This document shows, one piece after another, positions 49,980 through 61,311 of a stretch of 64,000 nucleotides of DNA. The first letter of the stretch is position 1, and each line of letters opens with the position of its first letter. The DNA is taken from assembly GCA_964252035.1 (NCBI GenBank), contig OZ176207.1; one strand, written 5' to 3'. Position numbers and translations under genes: made by a program. The notes beneath the pieces are model-generated. The model ran no database searches, was not told the origin of the DNA, and saw nothing but the letters and a program-made list of their open reading frames with translations. This DNA comes from Podarcis erhardii. Lineage: Eukaryota.

Positions 49980-52400
49980 CTGTTCTCCATTATCTACTGC
50001 AGAATCAAAATTGTTTCCTATGTTGCCTGTAAAAGGCACAGCAGGTTTCTCACCGCTAAGAATATTGTCTGCCATCTGAACATTGGGTGTCAGGAAGGCA
50101 AACTCATTCTTCCTGGTCTCAGAAGACAGACACAGCTGGTAGGAATAGGGCAAAGTCCCATCTTCAAAGTTGGGTGGGAAGATGGCACCATTCTTGGAAT
50201 GGGGAACAGGACCAAAGCACTGTAGGAACCTGGGATGCCCTGATTGACGGAGCTTCATTGTAACGGCCAGAATCACGGTCAAGAGGAACAAGAAGGAGAT
50301 CACAGCTAAGGCCAGCACCAAGTAGAACTGCAGGTCAGACTGATACTCCGAGCTGCTGGGTTGGCTCTTCATTTCCGGAAGGGCCTCCTGAAAGTTCTCA
50401 GCAAACACCAGGTTCAGAGTCATGGTGGCCGAGAGAGACGGCTGCCCGTTATCCTTCACCATAATGACCAGTCTCTGTTTCACAGCGTCTCTCTCTACAA
50501 AGGCCCTGGCGGTCCTAATCTCTCCAGTATGAGAGCCAACCGTGAAGAGTGCCGGCTCAGTGGCCTGAGTGAGGTGGTAGGAGAGCCAGGCGTTGTGTCC
50601 AGAATCTGCATCCACGGCCACCACCTTGGTGACAAGATAATCTGCCTCGGCCGAACGAGGCACCATCTCAAACAAGGCTGAGCCCTTGGCTTCTTGTGAG
50701 GGGGACAGGATACGAGGGCTGTTATCATTCCTGTCAAGAACAAACACCCTGACGCTCACATTGCTGCTGAGAGGGGGAGAACCCCCATCTTGGGCCTTTA
50801 CCTGCACCCTAAACTCTCTGAATTGCTCATAGTCAAAGGATCTCTGGGCATAGATGGTGCCGGTTTCAGAATTAATGGAGATATAGGAGGAGATGGGAAG
50901 CTCCTCGATGTTGCTGTTGAGGATGGAGTATGTGATCCGTGAGTTCTGGTCCACATCGGAATCAGAGGCTTTGATGGTGAAAATGGAGGCACCTGAAGGA
51001 TTGTTTTCTGGCACATAGATGCTGTAGGTTGATCTCTGAAATGTAGGGGAATTATCATTGATATCTGAGATCTGTAGTGAGATTGTTTTGTGTGTGGAAA
51101 GAGGTGGGGTTCCTCTATCAGTGGCTGTGATTGTAATATTATACGCAGGAGCTCTTTCTCTGTCCAGGAGACTGTCTGTCTGGAGCTTGAAGTAATTGTT
51201 AGATGAGGGAAGAATTTTGAAGGGTAAATCATCTTGTAAGTAGCAAGTAACCTTTCCATTATCACCACTATCTTTGTCATTCACATTGATCAGAGCAATT
51301 ACAGTTCCCGGCAGAGAATCTTCAGGAACAGGGCTGAACATGGAGGCTAAAGTAACCTCTGGGGCATTATCATTCTCATCAAGCACAGTTATTTCAATGT
51401 TGGATTGTGCCACCAATCCACCACCATCTTTGGCTTCTACTGTCATAGTATATTCTTTAGTTTCCTCAAAGTTGAGAAGTCCCATAAGAGTGACTATGCC
51501 ATTAATTGGATCCAAACTGAATTTCTTGTGGGTGTTTGCTGCTATGTTGCTGAACTGATACCTGATCTGAGCATAAGAGCTTTCGTCTTTATCTGAGGCT
51601 ACAACCTGGAGCACAAGTGACCCAACAGGAACATTTTCAGGTAAATTGACTTTGTACACCTCCTGAGTGAAAACAGGTGGGTTGTCATTGGCATCCGTGA
51701 CATTAATCCGTATCTGGACAGTCCCAGTTTTTCTTGGTTCACCCCCATCCAAGGCTGTAAGGATCAAGTGAATTGTCTGTTCACTTTCTCGATCCATAAC
51801 TTTACTTAGCACTAATTCTGCATATTTATTTCCATCTTTTCTCTCCCTTACTTCCAAGGTGAAGTAGTGGTTGGAGCTCAGCTGGTAATTCTGGAGAGAG
51901 TTCAACCCAATATCAGGATCTTCTGCTTTCCCAAGGAGAAATCTGGTTCCTAGAACAGTTGATTCTACGATCTCCAAGTTGGTTATATCACTGAGGAACT
52001 GTGGTGCATTATCATTAATATCCTGTATAACTATTGTTATATGGAAAACATTTAAAGGATTTTCCATCACCACTTCAAAATTAATAAGGCAGAGTGGAGT
52101 TGTGCCACATATTTCCTCCCTATCAATTCTGTCATTCACATAAAGGTTTCCATTGTCTGCACTTATACTGAAATACTGCATTTTGTTCACAGAGGCAGCA
52201 TGCAGATTGCGCCTTCCTAGATCTCTGGCATTCAGTCCCAAATCTTTGGCGAGATTCCCCACAATCGAACCCTTTGCCATCTCCTCAGGGATAGAATAGC
52301 GTATCTGCTCTGAGGCAGCCCAGCAGGAGAAAGGCAAAAATAAGAGAAGCAGTACTTGCCTTCTGAGTGTTCTGCCATCCTCTTCCTGCCTTTTGTCCAT
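49980..52400 (-). CDS. PCDHGB: Protocadherin gamma variable exon V9 (gammaB-like, B1 group)
   Basis: 812-aa ORF 49962..52400 (MDKRQEE...AVDNGEQ). Phase-0 donor CAG|GTAAGG at 49980/49979. Confidence 0.95.
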
Positions 52401-52665
52401 CCAGATTACTGAGAAATTTTCTGCCTCCTTTTCTGCAGCTTGTAGTGACCAGATCAGTTTCTCAACAGCACAGAGGAAATCTCTGTAAGTAAATATAAAC
52501 TGCCTTCCTTCTTAGATTGTGAGGACTGGGAGCCTTTTCCTTTTTTTCAGCCAGACTGCAATGCCTTTGTGTTTTTCTCTTTGCCCAGTCTGTACAGAAC
52601 TGATGAAACACTCACTCTGTAGGAGAAGCATAACTAGAGATCCATCCTTTTTTCTGGCACCACAC

Positions 52666-52688
52666 TGGCCAACAGTGACACTCTGAGG
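52666..52688 (-). promoter_or_regulatory. CSE of the V9 promoter, variant core CACT
   Basis: Minus strand CCTCAGAGTGTCACTGTTGGCCA, about 266 bp upstream of the ATG. Confidence 0.8.
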
Positions 52689-53871
52689 CTCAGAGAGAGA
52701 ATTGCAAATGTTGTTTTGTTATGAAAATAAAAAGCAGAAATACTACCAGTATGATCATATCTTTGTGTTCCAGTAAAAAGGACAACTGAAAGAGTCAGAT
52801 ATTTGAGAATGCCCTCCTTTGGTTCTGTTGGAATGAATACTTCACTGCTTTTTAGGCTCAGTTTTTAGATTCTTTCATGCTGGCCAGTGACTTTTAATGT
52901 TTTGGAACTGCTACTGTGACTATGAAGAGAACTTTCAAACTCCATGGTCAGGCAATACCTTCATTATTGCCATCAAAAATGGCACAAATTCTAGCTCCTG
53001 AAATTGTCATATCAGAAATTTCCAGAGATGCAGTATTTTTACAATTCCATTTGCATAAGTATTTACATTTTCTCAATCAGAAACTCATACCTTATTGGAC
53101 ACTTCTGCCTGACCAGAGATCTCTCTATGTAACCTTTTTGGGGAAAATGAATAGCGTTAAGGCTGGAACTAGATGTTCTTTCAAAGGATGTGTGGCTGGC
53201 ATCCAAAGTAGCAGTTCTGTGTCTCCCCCTCTCACCAAAAGAACTCAAAGTAAAACAAAAGGTGTAACATGATGCCATTGCTTTCAAAGCTTCACCACCC
53301 ATGCATGTGGCAACCAATGAAGTGAGGAAAATTGCAACAAGATTCATTATAGATGTTACAGATTAGAGAAAAAGAGAAGATGTGGGGTTGCTGCTTTTGG
53401 CATTGGCATAGTATCCTTCTGCACGGGACTGTCTCAGATGGGCACTGAGGGCAAGGCGGGTTCTAATGCTAGTGGGACAAGCAGCCAACAAACCCAACCA
53501 CCCATGTATGTACTTCTCTTACTTTGTGACCTTACCAAATACTTGTGTCAATGACATTGTCTGCATATCATACATACAGGCTGCATGTTCCCCTGGCTTT
53601 GCCACCTTAGCATTATGGAGGATCATGAGCAATCCAGACATCCTAAAACTATGCTGCTGTACAGTTCTAAGATGAGACACCAGAGAAGACCACATTTTCC
53701 ATCAAGTGACTCTTCTCGGTCTCATGGAGAGATCCTTCCCAGCTATGTTCCTGGAGATCCTTTAACTGGAGAGGGTAAAAATTGAATCTGGGACCTTCTG
53801 AGTACAACAAACTATAGAATTCCACTACTCAGCTATAGAATTCCAAATGTGGGGGAGTAGAGATTATTATT

Positions 53872-54215
53872 AAGGTAAAGGTACCCCTGCCCGTTCGGGC
53901 CAGTCTTGCCAGACTCTAGGGTTGTGCGCTCATCTCACTCTATAGGCTGGGAGCCAGCGCTGTCCGCAGACACTTCCAGGTCACGTGGCCAGCGTGACAA
54001 GCTGCATCTGGCGAGCCAGCGCAGCACACGGAACACCGTTTACCTTCCCGCTGGTAAGCGGTCCCTATTTATCTACTTGCCCCCAGAGGTGCTTTCAAAC
54101 TGCTAGGTTGGCAGGCGCTGGGACCGAACGACGGGAGCGCACCCCGCCGCGGGGATTCGAACCGCCGACCATGTGATTGGCAAGTCCTAGGCGCTGAGGT
54201 TTTACCCACAGTGCC
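53872..54215 (-). mobile_element. Sauria SINE, reverse orientation, slightly 5'-truncated (same subfamily as the 26.7-kb copy)
   Basis: aaggtaaaggtacccctgcccg...ggggattcgaaccgccgacc...gcgctgaggttttacccacag. Confidence 0.9.
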
Positions 54216-54224
54216 TCACCTGTT

Positions 54225-54420
54225 TATCCCACTTTTCCTCCAAGAGGTTTAGGGCAGCTTAGAGGTATGTGAGTGTGGGATCATTCCATTTTATCTTCTC
54301 AACAACCCTGGAGAAAGGCCAGGCTGAGAGAGATGTGACCAACGCTGCCCAGTGAGCTTCTTTTTGGATGAGTAATTATTTGAACTCAAGATTCCATGGT
54401 TCAACATTCTGTCCATTGCA
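54225..54420. mobile_element. Old MIR-like/tRNA-derived SINE fragment
   Basis: cattttatcttctcaacaaccctg...aggctgagagagatgtgacc...cccagtgagcttc...atttgaactc; a similar fragment lies at about 59590-59660. Confidence 0.4.
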
Positions 54421-55610
54421 CCTCAGGCTTCAAATATAGAACCTCTCAAAGCTGCCATACTTAAGCATTGCCACAATACACTTATTATTAATATGTCTAC
54501 TTATGTGAAACATATTCTGATCATACTTGAGATACTTTTTCTAGATATTTCTCATTCTTTGCTTTCTCCTAAACTGGTAAAAACATAAGCTGAAATCACT
54601 ATGCATAGACTGCTGGTTAAAGATAATATACTCTGTCACATAAAGCCAAATTCCTATAACTAAATATTTAATATTATGGAGAATCAAAGACTGCAATGAA
54701 ATTGGTTTACAAACAGATGACAGTAGGTCCTGGTCCACATGTTCATATTTATCATTTGATGACTGCAGCATCTAGTGTGAACACAGATGTCACACCACAA
54801 ATAAAATGGTTGAATGTTCTGAAACAAATCCAACATATCAGTTCAGCTGCCAAGTGATCAAACTGTGTTCACACAGTTAACAAGTGATGTAGTTGTTCAC
54901 ATGAACTAGCCCTAGATTTTATACTCAAGGTGTGAAAGCACATAATTAACTCCAAAGGTTTGCATACTTCTTAATAAGATTTGATTAATGCAGTTGTTGT
55001 ATAATGACTGTAATGTTTTAATTTAGCATGTTCTAAAGCTTCCCATTCATCTCAAACTCCTGAACTGTCTCAGGCTTCCATTGGGAAAATACAGCTGATG
55101 AGTTTTGATCATATTATGGGTCTGTCACCATATGTGGGGTTAGAAATGAATTTCCCCATCCACAAGAATGGTGAGTGATAAAACCTGGGTATCGTCCTCC
55201 CTTAGAAGTGTGTGTCATCTAAGAACTAGGCATACATTACACTTCAAACAAGGCAAATAAATGCATAATACTGTTTTGATCCCAAATCTACTTATATAAC
55301 AACTATGAAATAGTTTTTCTTGTCAAAGAGAGTAAGCAAACATTCACTCTGATTCTTTCTTTCCTGGGGGACTCTGACAAATATTTCTTTTGACAAAGAG
55401 AAGTCTAGTTTTTATGGGGAAAAGTGGTGTGCTTGTTGTATGTGTGGCGTAGGTATTTTCAAATACCAAAAACTATACGATTCTGGTAAAGATAAAATAA
55501 TATGAGTGGAAGAATGTTCTTCCAACCCCCTCTTCATAAAAGCACATAACAATTAATAGCAGGCATTATATTTAAAACCTCAGACCCCAGATCTGAAAGC
55601 GATAGCTCAC

Positions 55611-58025
55611 CTGTATATTGGCTGAATCTCCATTACTGCTATTAATATCTTCAGCAGTGAGGAAGGGATCCTTTATTTCACGTGTATCTTTATTGCTCAG
55701 AGTATTGGAATAATTTGCCTTAGAAATATTAAACTGACTTTTCCTTGAGTCTGTGGTGAGAGAAACCTCCTGGCAGTAGGAGTGCAGAAATGCTCGGACT
55801 CCGTCAATCCCCACAAACTGTGAGATAGGAGCGCCACTGAAATTCACACTCCCCGACTCAAGCAGCTGAGAATTTCTCCATCTGTGCAACTTGATGGCCA
55901 GTAACACGAGGAGGAAAGTAAAGAACAAGCAGGAGACAAAAGCCACTGCAAGGACCAGGTAGAAGGTGAGGTCAGACGGAGGCTCTACAGGAGCTGAGAT
56001 GCTGCTCAGGTCTGAGAGGATTGCAGGGATGGTGTCAGCCAGCACCACAGTCAGAGTGGCCGAAGCAGAGAGAGGTGGCTGCCCATTGTCCTTGACTAAA
56101 ACCACCAGGCTTTGCTTGAGGGCATCTTTCTCCAGAAAGAAGCGGGCTGTCCTGATCTCTCCCGTGTGGAGCCCCAGAGTGAAGAGACCTGGCTCGGTGG
56201 CCTTGATCAGCTGGTAGGAGAGCCAGGCATTCTGGCCAGAGTCCGCATCCACGGCCACCACCTTAGTGACCAGGTAGCCTGGCTCAGAGGAGCGAGGGGC
56301 CAGCTCTATCCCTGTGGAGCCATCAGTGGGAGGGGAAGGGTAAAGGATTTGGGGAGCATTGTCATTCTGGTCCAGGATGAAGAGAGTGACTGAGACGCTG
56401 GAGTTGAGTGGTGGAGAACCTCCGTCCTGGGCCTTGACCAGGAACTTAATCTCCCTCATCTCTTCATAATCAAAAGAGATCAGGCCATAGACAATCCCAG
56501 TCTCAGAGTTAATGGAGAGGAAGGAAGATACTGGGGAGTCACTGATGTTGTGCTCAATGATGGAATAAGTGACTCTGGAGTTCTCTCCACAGTCTGGATC
56601 ATCGGCCTTCAGGGAAAATATGGAGGCCCCTCTTGGGTTGTTCTCCATTAAATACGAAGTATAAATGGATTGCAGGAAGTGTGGAGGGTTGTCATTTGTG
56701 TCTAAAATCTCAAGTGGAATAACAATTGATGTGGAAATTGGAGGGGCTCCATGATCCGTGACTGTGACAGTGATGTTGTAGGCTGCTACCTGCTCTCTGT
56801 CCAGGCCTCTTGCTGTCACCAAACTGTAGTAGTTGCCATAGGCTTTTGTCAGTAGAAAGGGGAGGTTGCTGGGGATAGAGCATGTGACTTCTGCATTCTC
56901 TGCCGAATCCTCATCTTGCACATTCAAAAGGGCTATTGCAGTTGCTGGTGGAGAGTTCTCAGGGATGGAGCTGATAAGTGAAGTTATTTCCAGTTTGGGT
57001 GCATTGTCATTTACATCAGTAACAAATATCAAAAGTTTAGATTTGTCAAAGAGTTCACCACCATCATGAACCTGGACCTCAATTTCATGAAGTGTAGACT
57101 CCTCGTAGTCTAAGCCTCTTGCAAGCGTAATTTCCCCAGTTTGTGAATTCAAATGAAATATTTGTGAAGCCCTTTCTGTGATCTTTCTGAATGAATATTT
57201 CAGTTCCTTGTTGACACCTTCATCCAGGTCAATGGCTTTTAATATAACCACTGTGGTACCAACAGGAATATCTTCCCTAACGCTTACTTCATAGCTATGA
57301 TGGCTAAAAACTGGTGCATTGTCATTAGCATCTAAAACTGTCACTTGAATCTGTACAGTTCCTGTCCTGACTGGATCTCCCCCATCATATGCTGTGAGGA
57401 CCAGATTATGAATAGCTTCCTCTTCACGGTCCAAAGGCCTTTCCAGTACCAGTTCAGTGTATTGTCTACCATCAACTGCCTCTTGCACATTTAGGGAGAA
57501 ATGGCTACTGTTGCTGAGTTTGTATCCTTGAAGGGTATTGGTGCCCAAATCTAGATCCTGAGCTTCATCGAGGGGAAAGTGAGTTCCGGGTGCTGTGACT
57601 TCACTCATTTTGAGCTCCAGTTTCTGTGAATGGAAGGTGGGAGCGTTGTCATTAATATCTGTGATTTCCACTTCAGCACCATATACTTTCATTGAATCCC
57701 CCACTATGGTATCAAAATTCAAGACACACTTGTCCACTTGTCCACAGAGCACCTCTCTGTCTATTCTCTCTGTGACGTACAAATGACCACTCTTATAATT
57801 CAAAGCAAAATACTGTGTCCTACCTCGAGAAACAATGCGGACTCCACGGCGTGAGAGCTCTTTTAATTCCAGCTTCAGGTCTTTTGCGATGGGCCCCACG
57901 AAAGAACCTTTTTCTGCTTCTTCAGGGATGGAATAATGAATCTGCCCTGTAACAGCTTGCCAAACATGAACCAGAATGAAACAAAAGACAGCTCTCCTTC
58001 TGCAATCCTGGAAAAAGGTTTCCAT
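55611..58025 (-). CDS. PCDHGA: Protocadherin gamma variable exon V10 (gammaA-like)
   Basis: 817-aa ORF 55572..58025 with gammaA motifs ([31 protein letters not shown]). Phase-0 donor CAG|GTGAGC at 55611/55610. Confidence 0.95.
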
Positions 58026-58297
58026 TGCCAGTTGTACTTCTGTGCCAAGGTGAAAATCCTACTTCTTTGACAGAGTGGCTATATTTTAGATTTGTCTGTA
58101 TGTGACTGAAACTCTTAATATATACACACAGACAACACAGATATCTCTATTGCCTGTATTTTAAAATACAGATTTGATTTAATATAAGATCCTCCAGTTG
58201 TTCAGATTCCGTACGTGTGATCTCTCTTTCTGCATTTTCTGTAATGAAGCGATTGGAGGGGAAAGTTGAATCTCTTACTAAATTGTTCAGCCTTGGT

Positions 58298-58320
58298 TGG
58301 TAAACAGCGACACCCAGAGT
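58298..58320 (-). promoter_or_regulatory. CSE of the V10 promoter, intact CGCT
   Basis: Minus strand ACTCTGGGTGTCGCTGTTTACCA, about 272 bp upstream of the ATG. Confidence 0.85.
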
Positions 58321-59285
58321 CCTAAAACAATAACTTCATCTTCTTGGTGCTTTCTGAAATGCCATTTTCCTTAGTACGGTATATTTCTCATCAGCTGCAA
58401 GTACAGTAGATGACCAGATAAAAACTCCCACTCCATTTGTGTGACATTTTGTAGCAATCCAGGTTCATGATTGAATCGCATTTCTGATCATGGAAACTGA
58501 TTGTTCTCTGCTTATAATCATTATACTGCTATTGTAGGCTGTTACTCTCCACACAGTCTCTTGGAAGTTGGTAGACACTGTGACGATCTTGTCTGAAATA
58601 TCATGAAATATATTCCCCTGATATTTTCTGGTACTTTAATAAGCATTTTTTTCTGTTCAGATTTTAAATAATGTGGAATCCAGCTAGAAACTCACATGTA
58701 TATATGCATGCACGCATGTGATCATAAATCTTTTCTGTGCTATCTAGAATTTAAACCAACTCTCTTATAAAAATAGATAACTCTTAAATTATGGGAATAA
58801 AATAATGATAAAATATGTTTCCAAAATATTTATTTTTAAAATGTTTATCCCACCCATGCCCCCAAATTTGCTCAGAGCAACTTTATCTCAAGAAATATAA
58901 GGATAAGGTAACAGGAAGGGTTGTGCCCATAACATACACATTCATATGCACATTTACTCAAGGCCAAATACATGGTACATTAAAATAGCATGTGTGGACC
59001 CTGTGACTTGGATCAGTGCCGTGATGCAGGGGGTACCTAATTGGGCCTCATTTCCCCCCAACATGTTGCTTTGGGTGATCTGCACTGAGGTTATGGCACA
59101 GAGAAAAACATTAGACCCGCCCATTCTCATGTTGTGGCCCTGATCAAAATTAGAAAACCTTCACGACTCCTTCTACAAAGAAGAAAATTATATCAGGATC
59201 ACCAAATGCAGAGCTCCTATGTAACAAGTAGTTTATCTCTCAGAAGATCCACTGCGTTCAAGCATAGGAGTGTGTGTATGTGTAG

Positions 59286-59287
<2 letters not shown>

Positions 59288-59354
<67 letters not shown>
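59288..59354. repeat. Compound (CA)n(GA)n microsatellite
   Basis: Direct reading. Confidence 0.95.
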
Positions 59355-59356
<2 letters not shown>

Positions 59357-61311
59357 CCTGAAGCCTAAGAATTGCTGAATCCTATTTTAAACAATAGTGT
59401 TTTTCTGATTGAAATGTTTACATGCAGTCTCAAACAGGGCAGAGCACTACAAATAAATACAAAAATAGATTTTAAAGGACTCCTAATATTTTTTGTATTA
59501 TAGTTATATTTTGCCTTTCCTCCAATGAGCTTACATGGCCCCCACCCCTCTTTTCTCTTCACAATAGAAATGATGTTGGTTAGGTTGATAGGTCAGTGAC
59601 AGGCTCAAGTTCACCCGGTGAGCTTCATGGCTGAGTGAGGATTTTAACCTGTCTCTCCCCAATCCTTTCATCTCCAAACTTTTAGAATTTTGTTGGAGGG
59701 ATTCAAGCACACAATTAAACTGTACTGAAGTGCTCTGCTGCCATTGCACAACAAATCTGTTTGTAAAAAATGGGACTTTTTGTGATTAGGCAAGTGCTAG
59801 GGAAATGTACTAGAAAGAGTGAGGTGAATGAATGACTCATGGGAAGATGTATAAATGCTGCAGAAACAAATCAGGATCCATGCTCATTGTCACAGAACCT
59901 CCCTGCAAACAAATCAGAACAAGCGTGCAAGAAAGATATAGTCTAACCTCCCCAGTAAGCTTTGCGCAAGCAAATCAGGACGACTTCTCAAGGGGCCCCT
60001 AGTTCAACAGTCAAACAGCTACACCACAAGAACGTTCTTTCTATAAGCACTACATTTCTAGGAGCTTCATGTGACATCAAGCATGTCTGTAGGAATGTGA
60101 TTCTGTCAAGTGTTTAGGGGAAAAAACATTTTATCTTATACTGTGTTGTGATGCTAAGTATTACATGAATTGTATTATCCAATTCTGATTTTGTCACCTA
60201 AAACTACATCAGGTATTCTCAAATTCTCTGCTTCTCTCAAATCTTTATCATCTCTTTCTTTCTAAACTGGTTTGAAAACTAATTCTTTTTTTCTTTTCTT
60301 TTTTAAAGAATCATAAAAGTGTAGAGTTATAGCAAATGATTTGAAATGAGTGACCAAAATGATTAAAATATATGGAGAAAATTACCACCACCCTATCTCT
60401 GAAATAAGTTATAGCAAAAAAGCTTTGCAGAATGTTTGGAATATGCATCCACCCTCATCCAGAAACAAAGTATCCACACACAGATAACTGGATCTGAACC
60501 ATCCTAGCTTGTCAGTGCTAAGTTAGTTTTTGCCTCTTTCCTCACCTGATAATTTTGTTTGGGTAGGAAGTTATTTGGTTAAGGTGTGGAATCTTCAAAT
60601 ATTAGATTCCTCTATCCAAAATCTTTAAGAGCACAGCCCAACATCACAGAAGGGTCTGATTGTTTCAATTCTAAGTTGAGGATTGGGAATTTGAGCAGGT
60701 AGTGACAAGCTATAAGGACAAATTAAAACTGAAGAGATTGCTAATTATCTGACTATTAGGTGTATAAATAATTCCTCTAGCATTCACTGCAATTAAAGGT
60801 GAAAGAATATTGCAGTATCAAATAGCAGACTTTGTAAAGCACCCCAATTTTCATTGCACACAGGGGTGCTATGAAATGATATCATAAGATGTGAACTAAG
60901 TGGGTGTGATCCAAAATTATTTATTGCTTCCTCTTCCTTCCTCCTTCTCCACTCCCGTCACTTCCAGACTATGACATATATGCACATTTATCCGCCTTAT
61001 TAAGTATCCATATAGATGGCAATATGTAGATCTGTAAATAAGTAACTACAGAGCACGTCTAGAACTACAGTAGGATTAGTCAGAATTAATATAGATAAAA
61101 TGTTTGCTTCATTAAAGTTGAAGTAACTAGAAAAACAAGGACTATTTAGCATCTGTTATAAAAGAAATTATATCTCTTTTCCTCAGACTGTACATCATTA
61201 TGAATCTATTGGAAGATACATCCACTATCTACAATATAGTTCTTCATATATAGACACAGTTTAAAAGTAGTGCAGGAGATAATGTGAATAATATCTAGTA
61301 CGAAAACTCAC

